Shown one piece after another: positions 45,101-58,527 of a stretch of DNA of 64,000 nt; the stretch's first letter is position 1; every line of letters starts with the position of its first letter. The translations under genes and the position numbers were made by a program. The stretch lies in NCBI GenBank assembly GCA_030295235.1, contig AP026134.1:558001-622000 (forward strand). Reading direction: 5' to 3'. The notes below the pieces were generated by a model. That model searched no databases and was not told where the DNA came from. It worked only from the letters and a program-made list of their open reading frames with translations. The stretch is from Fistulifera solaris. Taxonomy: Eukaryota.

Positions 45101-45605
45101 CATTTGCCTCTTGCGAGTCTTCGCCTTGTGTATTGATGGTCAATCGCGGATCAACGCTGGAGCGACGTGGACCCTGACGATGAGTCGTCGTCGTTGTCTC
45201 TTTCGCGGATACAACATCATCATCGCCCGACAAAGAGTCATCGTCATGGTCATCGATTTCCATTTCTCCCGCATCCTTGGGTCGTGCCAACAACAAATCT
45301 TCCGTCTCTCTTGTCAAGGTCCGCAGAGGTTTGAGTTTGGATATTTTCCGACACACGGCCGGTGCTAAGTGAACGGCCGTCACTTCGACTCCTTCCGCGA
45401 TGGAATAGATGGCCGCTCGTTGTTCCAAACGTCGAACAGCTTCCTGCAGTACTTTGTCATCGTTGTGACTATCATTTTCCTGGTGTTTCGTCGTATCAAA
45501 TGCGGGTACACTGGACAACGGACGAGCCGCAGCGAGAATGCGCAAAAGCGTGGGCAGACGACGCATTTCGGGTGCGGACGGAGTTGGTTGCGTCGGTAAA
45601 CCCAT
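42177..45605 (-). CDS. Large helical-repeat protein, possibly Integrator subunit 2-like
   Basis: Three consecutive minus-strand ORFs, with an intron at ~44789-44867 and a probable shift. LLMVLYCLEYLE and LCRDPLLVFKV...FRRIVLFVL resemble the INTS2 C-terminal region as I recall it; not verified. Confidence 0.55.
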
Positions 45606-46088
45606 TTCGATTTCCCCAAGGCAATCCCGTCGTGTAAGGACAGTTTCAATGTCATTTTAATAATATTGTGTGAATTGGAAGATGTGGAGTTGTTGGATGA
45701 TATATGTCACAATGCAATTACAAGTAATATGTAATATGAAGGTAATTGACGACGAAAAAAAAGCGTGCAAGGAAACATCCAACGTGCGACATGATGTCAT
45801 GTGCTTCATGACTCAAAAGTCAGTCGGGACTCTGTACAAAGGGGTAACCCATAAAAAAACACTTTGGGCCTACTTGGTATACATTTGGCAGTAAGCAACA
45901 CTACTACTTGTAAACAGATAGAGTTATTCATTCGCGGTCATCCGCGACCCAACACCAAGATCCAATTGTCTGGTGAAAAAGACTTTTGCCATTATTACAA
46001 AGTACAAAGTACATTCTCCTTGGAAGAGTATCACATTCTTTCTATCTTTCTTTCAACATTTTCATCTAATGCACTCGTCACTTCCATA

Positions 46089-47540
46089 ATGGCTCCGAAA
46101 AACAAGAATTTCGAAGAACTCAAGGAGCGATTGAATGCGCTGAAAACAGAACAGCGAGAGCTACAAGCGCTCTACCAAGAACGAGCCCACCAGCGCGTCG
46201 AGTACCAAAACAAAATGGCCAACCTCAACGTCATGTTGCAAAAACGCAGCATGGATACGATGTTGATTGAAGATGTCGTCGTTGTGACGCTCGTGGCCGA
46301 AAACGATGCGCGCGAACGTTACGCTCTCCTGCCTCCGGCACCCACGAAAACGGCCATTGCGGTGGAACCGGGGCAGAAAACGAAAAGTCTCGAGGAGGCC
46401 TGTAACATTTACCGAAGCCAAATTGAAGTATTGGAGGAAATGATTGAATACCGAAGAATATTGACAGCGACCGAACGAGATTTGGATCTTTTGTATCGAC
46501 AAGCCGTTGATGACATACTGGATATAATGGACGAGTATTGTGACGACGAGAAATTGAAAGCCGACATGATCTCGTTCGCCGCAGCTGGGACTGCTCCGTG
46601 TTCTCCACGCAAAGAGACAAAGAAGCGGACGATTAGTAGAATACTTTCGTCACCGGGAACTTTCTTCTCGCCCAAGAAAGAAGCGGTAAAAGACACCATG
46701 CAGAACGACTTGTTGCCCGCCCCTCTCTCGGTCGAGCCACCGAAAACGCCGAAACAAGCATTTTCCCAATTCAAAGAGAACACCGCGTTGAATGATTTAA
46801 AAGCGGCACCCCTTATCGATGTGACCGAAAACGACGGTAGCATGAATGATGGAGACGTGTTCATGAACACGGATCATGACAAAACCAGTGGATCCCCAGA
46901 TCGGCGGAAAAGAAAAAGAGTGGTAAAAAGATTGTTGAAGTAGGAGAAAAGCATGTTGACGAGGGTGTTGATGAAAAGAAGAAAAAGAAGAAGAAGAAGA
47001 AAAAGAGCGACGCTGTCGCGGGAGAATCAACCACACCGGAAATTCACGAGTCGTCGGAAGCAGACCAAGAAGCAGAAACTGATGTTATAGAAAAAACAAA
47101 AGAAAAAGAAGAAAGAACAACAAGTTGCCGAGAATGATGCTCCACTGGAAGATCCAGTTGAAAGCACTAAAGGAACAAAGAAAAAGAAGAAAGAGAAGGG
47201 CGGCAACGATCAATCGAAAAGTCATGGTGAAAAGCTCGAGGGCGACCGAGACATCGAAGCTTTGCCGGAAGATGTCAGCGAAGCAGTCGAAGCAATTCCT
47301 GTCGAGAAGACAAAGAAAAAGACAAAGAGCAAAAGCGAAGTCACGGAAAACAACAATCCCCCCTTCATTGATTGACGAGGAACCTGTAGCTGACCGTCAG
47401 GAGAGCCCCAAGAAGAAGAAAAAGAAAAAAGCCAAAAGGCGAAGAAGAAACGGAATGCAAAATCACGAATGAGAAAATCAAGAAGAAAAATAATAATGGA
47501 AAAGAGGCGTCCACTGTTGGGAGAAAAGCTGATCTGTAAT
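46089..47540 (+). CDS. Hypothetical coiled-coil protein with a Lys/Glu-rich low-complexity tail; 3' end uncertain
   Basis: ORF from ATG 46089 to 46943 with heptads. K/E-rich coding-like sequence continues to ~47540 across A-run frameshifts. Confidence 0.55.
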
Positions 47541-48228
47541 TGAGCGAAGCGTGTTTCCATATCATTGACTCGGTTCAACGCAAGCGTAGTTTCCGAGTTT
47601 CCTATGAAATGGATTTAATGGAACCGTTGATGAGCTGAAAAATTGAAGGCATTTCTATCTTCTATAATCATCACAATGGGGAGGTGGCAACCTGATTTCT
47701 CGGCTGCAAAAACGGATACAAGCATCAAAAGAATGATCAAGATGAATTGTTTTTCAATTGACGAAAGGGCGTTTCTGTCATTAGTAACTTCTCAAATTCG
47801 TGAAGGTAAAGCACTTACTTCACGTTTTTCATCTTAATAATTACTTTCTGACTAGGAAATTGGGAATAAATATTAGGATTTTTTATTGTGAATACTTATA
47901 AAGGGAAGGCAGATAACGTAGTTCTCTAGCTCTCCCATTCTAATTCTTTAAGAGTTACCAGTTTTTTTTACGGAGTATAAACATTTCCAGGACTGAAATT
48001 AATGAGTCGGAAAAATAGCAGAAAGTCTGCTTTTTGTACAGTTGGAGTCAGAGTTGACTTTATCGCCTAAAATCTTTACTGGCGAGTATTAGAGCGCCGG
48101 CCGACCTCCATTTGTATTTGACGGCTAATTTTTTGCAAAACTCGACACGTTCCCCCCTCGCACCTCGGCGAAACAAATCCGACAACTGCCATAACCGAGA
48201 TCATATCTTGTTGTGCACAATATTTGAG

Positions 48229-50561
48229 ATGACAGAGGCTTGGGATACAGCCTTTAGAGGCGAGACACTAGCTGCCGCTTCGTCCAGGCGGACTAAGCGC
48301 GTTTCCGATCGCTTGCGGTTTATTGAGATAATTCGCTCGTCTTCTTTACCTGAAGACGACAGTTCGAGCCTCCATGCAGGGCACGACACATATGAGTTCT
48401 CATCAGAAACTAGAGGGAGCACAACACACAACGAGAGGTTAGACGACACCGTGCGAATAACAAACAGAGACGTCAACAAAACAAGGCTGTCTATATCAGC
48501 CAGTATTCTAGAGGAAACACTAGCAAATGAGCAAACTCCGTTAAGTTGGCATGCTCGAAATCGTATCCCAGGTGGAGCAGCCGCCAAGCTCATGATTGTC
48601 GGACCTAACAAGACAGACGACTCAGACGACACTGGATTGAAAACCACCGCTTCGCATCCGGACACACATTCCGTAGGGAGTGCAGGACAGATTGAGGATA
48701 AGCTCAAGGAAATTGAATTACAAATGCAGCAAGCCAAAAAGGAATTTGAAAGAGGCAGTACCGAGAACCGCCGCTACAACCAACGTGATGACGAAGATTT
48801 TATAGATCGCGACGAAAATAGAGCAGCTCGTATTGACTGCTCTACTACGCCGAAATTTCTGAATCGCGGTGAAAGTTTTCACGAGACTGCGGCGGCCGCG
48901 GTTCTGGCCTTGCTTTCCACCAGAACAAATCAATCTGTTTTTGGTAGCTTCGATGAATTGGTGTTTACCTATTCGACTAACAAAAAACCACTAAGCCCCC
49001 GCAACAACGTTGTCATCGACAGTGCATCCTATGAGTCTCCCGAAAAACGTGACATCGCCCAATTTGTACTATCCGACCATACTGAGAAGAAACTGCAAAG
49101 TCTGCGTACTCAAATGCGAAATCCCAATAAGACGATGACTGATTTACTGACAAAGATTGCCAGTCCCGACGACGGAGAGATGGATTTGGGATACATGGTA
49201 CGAAGGAAGAATGCATGCGGTGCTTTACACACGTTGACAGCAACAAAAAAAAATCAGCACCCTATTTGCTGGACCTTAGGAGTTTTGACCGCACTTACAA
49301 GTGTACTAGTGGACGGACGTGGCGCCTCGGAGACTCAGCTGAAACGTACGTTTCCGGACGATCGCATTCGGGAAGAATACAAACAAGCCCGTAACCGTGC
49401 TGTTGCGGCACTGATGAATCTGTGCATGCCGAAGGAGAATCGCATCGCCATCACGCATACTCCTGATCTGGTTCAAACCGCTATATCAATTATTCTGGAA
49501 GACGACGATGACGGTGTTGCCAGGAGGGATGTTGCGCCATTCTGGCTTATCTTGGCAAATCATCCGAAAATCGGTTGCTGTTAGCCCAAGTGCCTGGTTT
49601 ACTAGACGCCCTGATGAAAGTTCTCACACCCAGAGGAGAAAATCAGTCGACGGTTGTCATCCCAGAGTGCAACTCAAGTACAAGCAACCTCAAAATGACT
49701 TCTCTATCCGCCGAGTCCACGCTTAACTCTTCTTCGGCAGACAGCGGCGACTCAACAATCAGCGCAGAATCGAGCTACAGAAGTTCCTTCAGCAGGGGAA
49801 CAGACGAACTCGATTCCCTGCCCGCATCACCACGAGCCGAAGAATACCTCTATGATGATGGGGTAGATGATCTTCTGAAAGCCGCACGACAAAATGCATT
49901 TGCGTTAATTCTTCATTTGATCAAAGAAAAAGACAATGCTTATCACTTCGCCCGCAACGACGAATTCGTAAGGACAATGGTTGAAATTTCTAAATTTCAA
50001 GAAAGCCCCTCGCATGTGTTGGCAGTCAAAGTACTTGCAAATCTTACCCGTCATCGCTTGAATACAAATGTCCTTGTTTTTGAGAGACGTGTGGTTGTTT
50101 TTGCTTTGGTCCGCGCCCTTGGTTCACCCCATTCACACTCCCGTGAATACGCCTGTTATGCTCTCCAGAATATCGCCCAAGACAAATCCTGCCGCCAAGA
50201 ATTAGCAACGACACCCAACTTGATCGAATCACTCTGTCAATGCACACGCCAATCGTCCGGAGAAGCCGAGCGATTGGCAGCTACATCGGCATTGAAGAAC
50301 ATGTGCGACGAGCCAGCCAATTTGATCCCCATTTCCAACACACCCGATGGTATCTCGTCACTGATGCTTTTGACACACGACGAAGGTGTGTCGGATGTTA
50401 TCCAGTATCGAGCATGCGATGCCATTTCGACATTGAGTTACTGGTTGCGAAAGATCGCCACCAGCGGGAAGGCTTTGGATGCCAATTTGCAAGGGACGAC
50501 ACCACCGGACGATCTTTTCGTACCAACTCTCCGGGTAGTGACATGGAATCAGTGGCAATGA
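48229..50561 (+). CDS. Armadillo-repeat protein
   Basis: ARM-like units (RKNACGAL, RAVAALMNL, REYACYALQNIA, AATSALKNM, RACDAI). Two ORFs are joined by a shift near 49525. Confidence 0.8.
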
Positions 50562-50680
50562 AAAGCAAAAACTACCAAATTTATAATTCAGTGTATTAGT
50601 CTGTGTGTAAGAATACATTTTTGCGCGTCAACAAAAATAAGAATGGATCATCTCTTAAAATGGCTGCTTCGACACTTTTT

Positions 50681-51340
50681 TCAGTACGTTCTGATACGCC
50701 GTTGTACAACTAATTCTCGTTCAATGTGTTGTTCATCCCTTTGCGCTCGTAAAATAGCGTACGACGTGATGGATGTGATTAAATACACGAATCCTGTTAC
50801 CATGCTCTGTATCATAACGAACGCATGCCCATGTAGTTCCATCGTGGAACACGTTCGAGCATCCTCGAACCACCATCGCTTCGTCGTACAAGGTTGAAAG
50901 GACGCCAAGGCAGCAAAGAGAGGTGTCCACATGAATAGGTCGATGATTGCTGTAGAAAATGTAACGAAAGCAAGGGAAATGCAAAATACCGGTGAGTGAT
51001 GCATCGCACACCCGTGAGCGAGGAGAGCAATCGCCATTTCCCAAAGCAATCGTGGCAATCGCAAGGGCCACGGTATCGAAGAGTCAATGCGTAGACTATT
51101 GACAATTACATTGATAACGGCGACGGTTGATGTTAAGCGAAACTGAGGAACGGCATGTGCAATGACACTTTGGGTGCTGGATAGATAAGTTTTGTCGTTT
51201 CGATGTTCTGCAGCGTTTCCGGAAACTAGAAGAGCTCGTTTGTTTTGTGAAAAGTCGCGAGGAGACGTTTCTGCATGAGAGTTACAAATTGGGAGTAGAA
51301 CAATGAATAAAAAGAAGACAAAGCGGATGCATTTCGTCAT
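50681..51340 (-). CDS. Hypothetical protein with signal peptide and about four transmembrane segments
   Basis: 219-aa ATG ORF with a hydrophobic N-terminus and several hydrophobic helices. Confidence 0.6.
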   Translation of the reverse strand: MTKCIRFVFFLFIVLLPICNSHAETSPRDFSQNKRALLVSGNAAEHRNDKTYLSSTQSVIAHAVPQFRLTSTVAVINVIVNSLRIDSSIPWPLRLPRLLWEMAIALLAHGCAMHHSPVFCISLAFVTFSTAIIDLFMWTPLFAALASFQPCTTKRWWFEDARTCSTMELHGHAFVMIQSMVTGFVYLITSITSYAILRAQRDEQHIERELVVQRRIRTY

Positions 51341-51590
51341 GGTTATTCATGATCGACTTTCTTGCATTTGGTTGGTAAGTTTGGTTGCATTTGTTGGGTT
51401 GTTTGAGTCGTCTTCAGGTCAATCATGAATCAAAAGGTATCTCGGGTCACGAAGAACATGAAAAGTTCTCCGGGTATTGTGTAGGAAAGAATAACGTTGC
51501 TACTAGTATTATGTCTGTGTGCGGTGTGACGTGTGACGTGGCAATTTTGCTTCTCCGCGTCGTCGGTCGTCACGACAGATTTTTATTGAG

Positions 51591-52286
51591 ATGATTCTTC
51601 ATGCTGTCTCTCTGCATAGAAGCAATCCCTTTCCATTCAATTCTTCAACACCAACTATGAGGACTATTCCATTTTGCATTCAACATACACCACACCAGCT
51701 GTTGTATCGAGGCACCTGCCGCGCGTTCTTTACGAACACGGATCAAATGAAACGAGAAGATCCGTATCAACAGCTCGGTTTGCAATGGGGCGACGGCGCC
51801 ACCACGGCCGAAATTCGACAAGCCTATCGTCGAAAAGCCGCACAACTACACCCAGATGTCAACACGCAAGATGCTCCTCAAGTGGCATTACGCAAGTTTC
51901 AAGAACTGCAACGCGCTTATCAGTCACTGATGAAAATACACAGCCACGTCGGTGGTCTTTGCTGCGCCGAGAAGGATGAGGAATGGAGATTTTCGGTCTG
52001 GAGGAACGGGGATCGGATTGCCACCAATCGAACGGATGTAGCGGGAGTGTTACGGAAACGACCGAAACCACCGGCGGAGTTGTCGTCGCGACAGCGGGGC
52101 GCATTGTTGGGTCATCCATCGGGGACGGGCACTTTAACAAGGAACGAATATTTAGGAGACGGAGAAGCAGCGCCTTCGTCATCGGTAGGGAGAGGTCAAA
52201 GCAAGTGGGTGAAACCGAAAGAATTTGTTCCGTGGGATGGGAAAGTGGTTCTTTCTGCTAGCAAACGAATCAAGAGCAAAAAGTAG
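51591..52286 (+). CDS. DnaJ-domain protein, possibly mitochondrial
   Basis: DPYQQLGL...EIRQAYRRKAAQLHPDVN...FQELQRAYQSL (HPD motif). The true start may be Met 51657. Confidence 0.85.
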   Translation: MILHAVSLHRSNPFPFNSSTPTMRTIPFCIQHTPHQLLYRGTCRAFFTNTDQMKREDPYQQLGLQWGDGATTAEIRQAYRRKAAQLHPDVNTQDAPQVALRKFQELQRAYQSLMKIHSHVGGLCCAEKDEEWRFSVWRNGDRIATNRTDVAGVLRKRPKPPAELSSRQRGALLGHPSGTGTLTRNEYLGDGEAAPSSSVGRGQSKWVKPKEFVPWDGKVVLSASKRIKSKK

Positions 52287-52944
52287 TCTCTAGCGGCTAG
52301 TTTTGAACAGGCACGGGATGTCATTGCTGCACACCAATTCTGCACGTTTTTTTTGAACGAAAAACGATCTTTTGCACCGTTGCAGTGAGTCGTCAAAGCT
52401 CATCATGCCCTGTACTCTATCTAATAGAGAAAAAACTCTTCCCGCTAGGTGATATGACGTCGCCGCATTATTGGTAGTTGACGTTTTGAATGTCCATGGT
52501 TGATAAGCTGGTTTTAAGAAAAGAATTTGAAATAAATAGTATCATTTTTGTTTTGTTGAAACAATGCTTTGGTTTTTAGGATCTAAAAACATCATGGGAT
52601 TGACGTAACTTCTCCAACCCACAACCCACTGGTAGTCTTCGTGGACATACAGCGTACACTTTTCGGCATAATAGGCCTTACTGGTACCCTTGTACTTTGT
52701 GAAAAGAACTGGGAGATTAACCTCCACTAAGCACACAACGTCCTTGAGCACAATGTGGTATCATAAAGACTGCGCAACTTTTGGCATGCATTTGACGCAA
52801 CCAAACTCGGCGCAAAACACCGAAACGCTTGATTTCATTAAACATTATTATAAAAATCAGACAAACCCATCAACCTTGAAGGTATTGCCTCTATTAGCCA
52901 AGCAAGAAAGGCAATACTGCTGGCGGTACATCGCTTATACGATT

Positions 52945-53928
52945 ATGATAGCCGACGATTCTTCTTCTTCTTCTTCTTTCTGGACCGTCGGCCTGCTCGG
53001 TTTGCTTTTGATGGGAGGATTGTGTTATTTGTTTTACCCGGCCTTTGTCGCACGAGAAGGCCGTGGTCGCGTATTACCCCAGGCCACCAATATAGGAGGA
53101 ACGAAGAGTAACACGGAAGATGTCCTATTATCGATCATTATTCCTGCCTTCAATGAAGAACTCCGATTGCCCATCATGCTGGAAGATGCCTTTCACTATT
53201 TGACCTCCCCCCTCATGTCCGGCATTGAAACAACTCGGAAAAGGCGCCGTGGAATGGATTGTGGTCGATGATGGATCCTCGGATCAAACCGGACGGGCCT
53301 TTCGTCGTTATGTCGAAGAGAAACCACCATCACACAACATGTGCTACAAACTCATTACTCTGCCCCGAAATTTGGGCAGGGTGCGGCCGTCCAGTCGGGT
53401 ATGTTGGCCGCGACCGGACAGTTTTGTTTGTACGTCGATGCCGATGGAGCCACGTCGTTTGGTCCGGGATTGGAGGCGTTGACCCACCAACTAATGTCTG
53501 GAAAGGAATTTGTGTTCATGGGAAGTCGCGCGCATTTGCAACAAGAACGCAGCTTCCTTCGTCGATTTCTGGCATTGGCGTTTCGAGTGCTACTGACGAT
53601 CACACTAGGACCGGCGGCGCAACACATTCGTGACACACAGTGTGGTTTTAAATTAATTTCCCGGAATGCGGCACAACGGATCTTTCGAACGTTGCATCTG
53701 CAACGGTGGGCGTTTGACATTGAGGTCTTGTATTTGGCGGTTCATTTGCAAGTGACGGTGAAGGAAGAAGTTGTACCGTGGCATGAAGTAGAAGGATCCA
53801 AATTGAATACGAGTATTTGGAATTTGGCTCTGGTGTCTCTATCCATGTTGCGGGACATGATTTGTGTGCGGCTCTGTTACCAGTTGGGTATTTGGAGCTT
53901 CGACAATGACGTGAAAAAACATAGATAG
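52945..53928 (+). CDS. ALG5: Dolichyl-phosphate beta-glucosyltransferase
   Basis: N-terminal TM, LSIIIPAFNEELRL, IVVDDGSSD, DADGAT, GSRAHL, IRDTQCGFKL, RWAFDIE, WHEVEGSKL. Two 1-nt shifts at ~53210 and ~53379. Confidence 0.9.
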
Positions 53929-54250
53929 CCGGAGGAGGACACAGTCAGTGCGCAACTTGCTTTTTTCGTCTACAAAGTTACACTCGATCGAAATGGCAAG
54001 CGATCGCACGTCAAATTCATTGAAGCGGCCTAGTATCGTAGATGCGATTGGGTCTTGATGCCCTACGAGTCGTCGGTAGTGTGACAAATGAATTGATCGC
54101 TTCAACTCGAATTGAGGCTCTTCACGCAGCATCGACGAAATTGTACCCATTGGATCGATCAGACGTTAACTTTGTTCACAAGTAACACTTTCAACTTGCT
54201 AACTACTATTCTATTGATACAAATCGTTGACATTTTACTTGCAACTGAGA

Positions 54251-55234
54251 TTACCTCATCCACCGCGCAAAGCCTTCTTCTGCATCCGGAGGACGCTCGT
54301 CTGATTGGAACGAATCCAAGTAATGACGCTTGTCTCTCCAGTTACAGAACCCGGCTCCGACGAAACAGGAACAGCACGGCAGCTGATAAATCGATATCCA
54401 CCATAGAATACCAAAGATGACGAATCCGACTCCTACCAAGACGGCGACGCAATAAATGGTACTTTCGATAGGTTCCTGTTTCCAGTCAACGTGATTGAAT
54501 AATTGATGTGGGTTTTCATTGTAAGGATTTTCCAATTTCAAAACCAGCTGATAAATCACAGACCAAACCACCCACAGCGATTCAATGGGCAGTATGTAGA
54601 AAAACCAATGTAGCCACCGGAACGGGATTCGATGGATAACAAATAGATCCCCGATCATGAGAAACGAAAGAATCAGTGTCGACATCGTCTTATGGGAAAT
54701 GTCATGTCCATCATGATCACCCGGATGAGGCACAAAGGCATCGGCACAATGCACGACCGCCATTAACGTTACGGAATGTAGTGCTAATTCACCGCATACC
54801 CACGTGAAAGCGATGCGAGACGAAACTCGTTCGTCAGCCGAAGTCCGCATCATCAGAGTGTTGCACAGACTGCCGATTGCATATACCGCCGCAAACAGAA
54901 ACGTCCAATGCGTTGGCCATGCTAAATAAAATGGCGTTTGAGGTCCTTGAACAAGCCAATCGTAGACAATATAACCAACAATAGCCGTGAGGAAGAGCAA
55001 TTTCCAAAAGACCACGGCGAAAGTAGCTGCCGGAGCAAAAGATGCGGAAATGTTCAGTACACGACCCGTCGCAGGATCTTTCGTTTGAAAGTGCGGTCGT
55101 TTCGTAAATTCGGTCACGAGACGACCGTAGCAAGAGATGGTAGAACTTCGTTCGTGGGAGGTATCGGACTCGGTCGCATCGACGACGTCCGTTTCCGCCA
55201 CGGAACGACGAGACTTGTTGGCGGGGAGGGACAA
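54251..55234 (-). CDS. Multi-pass membrane protein, rolling-stone/FAR-17a-like; start uncertain
   Basis: About six hydrophobic helices and a FYLAWPTHW motif. The likely ATG at ~55241-55247 is out of frame by one base. Confidence 0.6.
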   Translation of the reverse strand: MSLPANKSRRSVAETDVVDATESDTSHERSSTISCYGRLVTEFTKRPHFQTKDPATGRVLNISASFAPAATFAVVFWKLLFLTAIVGYIVYDWLVQGPQTPFYLAWPTHWTFLFAAVYAIGSLCNTLMMRTSADERVSSRIAFTWVCGELALHSVTLMAVVHCADAFVPHPGDHDGHDISHKTMSTLILSFLMIGDLFVIHRIPFRWLHWFFYILPIESLWVVWSVIYQLVLKLENPYNENPHQLFNHVDWKQEPIESTIYCVAVLVGVGFVIFGILWWISIYQLPCCSCFVGAGFCNWRDKRHYLDSFQSDERPPDAEEGFARWMR

Positions 55235-55933
55235 AAGTCATCATCAAAGGCCTCCCAAGTCATTTGTTGATGATTCTCACAGAACGAAGAAGATATATAG
55301 ATTCGATTCGATTCGATTAGATTATTGCTTTATACTGGTAAAGAAGTAAAGCAATTCAAGTAATACATATTCGTTTGGTTTGGTTTGATTTGATTGCGAT
55401 GTTCGTAATTCATTCATGGAAAATGCTACGAGGCCTATGACATTATTTATTATTATTATTTGTGGAGGTGCAAAATGGCACGATCCGGCGCTCCGAGACG
55501 TCTGTACATATTTTTTTACAGAATGCCCTTCTAATTACAAAAAACGATTCAAATTCTGTGCATGTCCGGAATACCGCTTCAATGAAACATAGCAAATATA
55601 GTTTCCGTTGATCTCTGTTGGAATGAAGTGTTCTACTTTTTAGGCCATGGAGGAACATTCGGAGGGAGGAGACTTCACGACCTCAGAAACTTCCTTTTGT
55701 CGCAGTGGAAAACATTCGAAAGCCACCAAATAATAATAATAGTGAAGGAAGGCCATACGAGCATAATTAACGAGAAAAAATAAAATCTTCCAACAACATC
55801 ATTGTTCTTCTTCCGAGGCTTTCATCGCTTTCCGTAGCGTGCGCGAGCAGAAAGGCTTTCAAAGATTCATAACAAAAGGAAAGGGCGACAACAAAACGCA
55901 CTCGACGAACCATCCGGCATTACGGAATTTTCC

Positions 55934-57668
55934 ATGCAACCATTCTATTTCTTTTCCTTTCTCTCTCTGCTATTCATTCAACAAACACGGGCATTTTTAA
56001 TTCACCGCACACACCATCATCATCATCATCATCCAACCACCACCACTTCCTTGTCCATGACACCACAGATTGCGGTCATTGGTGGTGGAGCGGCCGGTTT
56101 GGCGGCGGCGCGTATCTTGACACGAGATTTGCCGTCGTGCCAGATTACCGTATTGGAACAACGAGAAGCCTTGGGTGGAGTATGGAAGTATGACAAAGAC
56201 AAGCAGCAGCAACAACAACAACAGCAACAACAACATCCCATGTACCAGAATTTGCGGACCAATTTGCCCAAAGAAATCATGCAGTTTCGGGAATATCCCT
56301 GGACGCACGTCGATTATGAACCCGGTCAACCAAACAGTAGTTTTTTGACGCATCGACAAGTCTTGCAGTATTTACAAAATTACGCACAACAGTTTGGTCT
56401 GGAATCGTTCATTCAATTCCGTGCCGAGGTGCAGCAATTGACCGTTCTGGAGGGTACCCCTTCGATCTTTCAGCCTTCCAACGAGACATGGCCCAAAATT
56501 CAATTGCAATGGAAAGAAGGGAATGATTCAACCACGCAGTCTGCGATATTTGATGCTGTTTGTATTTGCAACGGCCACTATTACAAACCAGCCCAGCCGG
56601 CGATACCTGGTCTCCAAGAGTTCTTTCATGGTGAAGTGCTGCATTCGGTTTCGTACAATGAACCCTCGTCGTTCGCCGGAAAGACCATTTTGTGTATTGG
56701 TGGCCGTGCCAGTGGTTCCGACATTGCCCGAGAATTGGTGACACAAGGAAACGCCGCGCATGTCTATTTGTCCGACTCGGTGTGTCGACAAGCCCAAACA
56801 ACGCCCAATCGCGTCACAATAGTTCCTGCTACCACCCAATTTCGACCCGGAGGAAAAGTTCAGTTTGGTGCGGACTGTCCTTTGGAACCGACGGTAGATA
56901 CGGTCATGTTTTGTACGGGATATGATTATGATTTCCCTTTTGTGCAAAGTTCATTGGTTCAGGCGGACCAGCGACGCGTGCGTCCACTCTATCATCAATT
57001 GTGGCATGCCCAATATCCAAACGTAAGTAGGATAACGATCCATGAGATTCATTCTTTTGTGACCACAAAATTCTCATGCAACATCACTTTCCTACGATAC
57101 GCAGTTGGCATTCATTGGCTTGCCACACTCGGTTGTGCCATTTCCTTTGTTTGAATTACAAATGGAAGCATTTTGTAGTCAACTCGTAAACTGGAGACTG
57201 GGTGGACTTTCCGAACGACTGGTGTCTGCGGAAAAGACGCTTCGTCCGGAGGTGTTTGTCGTTTGCGCGTCCCGGACGACACGCATTTTCTGGGTGATGC
57301 TCAATGGGATTATTGCCGTCAGCTGGCGCAATTTGCGAGTTTGTTGCAGGCTTCGGAAGACGATAATGGAAATGACATTTTAAACTACATTGCGACGAAC
57401 AAGGTAGGTGATTGGGCGATATGGTGACATGTGATTTATTACGTTATGAAGTGAGCCACACTCACGTAAAATTGCTTGCATTATTTGGTCGTCACTCCAG
57501 GCAATTTATGATCATGCGGGAAAAGCACGCAAGAGCGCTATACCGGGAAGTGTCGACGCGTACAAGTCACTTTGTTATGAAAGAAACGATTCATTGCAGA
57601 CGTTTACGTCATGGTCCTGCGAAGGCAGCAACACTTTGCAAGATGTGTCGGCTTGCACGGGGATCTAA
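55934..57668 (+). CDS. Flavin-containing monooxygenase (FMO GS-OX-like), predicted plastid-targeted
   Basis: GGGAAG (FAD), MYQNLRTNLP, FMO signature FHGEVLHSVSY, GGRASG (NADPH), CTGY. Introns ~57023-57103 and ~57403-57500, shift ~57235, stop TAA 57666-57668. Signal ends TRA-FL. Confidence 0.9.
56203..56234 (+). repeat. CAG/CAA coding microsatellite (poly-Gln) inside the FMO
   Basis: cagcagcaacaacaacaacagcaacaacaa. Confidence 0.8.
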
Positions 57669-58527
57669 CGGAGGACTAGCTGGCTGTACGAAGAAGGCCA
57701 ACCTCTTTGTGAATACTCATCAGAGAGTCATGGCTTGTCGGATCAAGACTTTTCTTCGCGTCATCTTGACAGGTTGTTACCTGAAAAGAGTGTTTATCCG
57801 TTAGGAGATCGGGGATCACTGAAACGACTACAAGGCCGGACATTCAGTCGCCAATGCTTTCTTGCGAGCGATAGGTCGCTGGACGATTCGTGGCCGTTCC
57901 ATTTATCAACGTGTCTCAAATTGGTCAACGGGCTTTCTCGATAAAAAAATGCAACGGACCTATTTCGGCAAAATTTGAATGGTCCACACGGGATTGAGTC
58001 ACAAAATTGTTGAGCGCGGCGAAGCGTCCAGTCACGCAGTCACTCCTCAGTCGGGTCGAGGTACGGATACGGTTTTTAGATGATATAGTTTATCCAGTAA
58101 TGACAAATTTTGCTATGTCTTTGGTACTTAACCGATACACACTGGGGATTCCGACCTTCGGAAGCTCAGAATTATTCTACTCATTAGACTGATACACCAA
58201 GCGTTGACAAAAATTTGAGCCAGACAGAAACGCGTAAAACAGACTCGATCACAAAATTGCATTCTTGTAACACACCTTGCCAATTTTGCCTGTCGGCATC
58301 ACGCGAGTCAACCATCTCCTCCCACAAGACCATTTTCCCGACCGGCAAGAGTGGCCGATTCATCGACAACAAATCGCTTCTTTCTCCTTCATCACAAATT
58401 GTGGAAAGCTTTCCGGAAACTTGCCGGATACGTGGGACGAAAGGCGAAAGAGTTGTGAAGAAGCTGCAGGCTCCTTGTCCAAGCGAACATCAAACAACAT
58501 TCGAATAGAAAATAATTGTAAGGAAAA

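Noticed and set aside
47800..48070. AT-rich stretch as a possible centromere
   Set aside because: Only about 300 bp, far shorter than the kilobase-scale low-GC regions described for diatom centromeres.
55296..55395. Short (ttcga)n and (tttgg/tttga)n runs
   Set aside because: Ordinary 3-4 unit microsatellites with no further structure.
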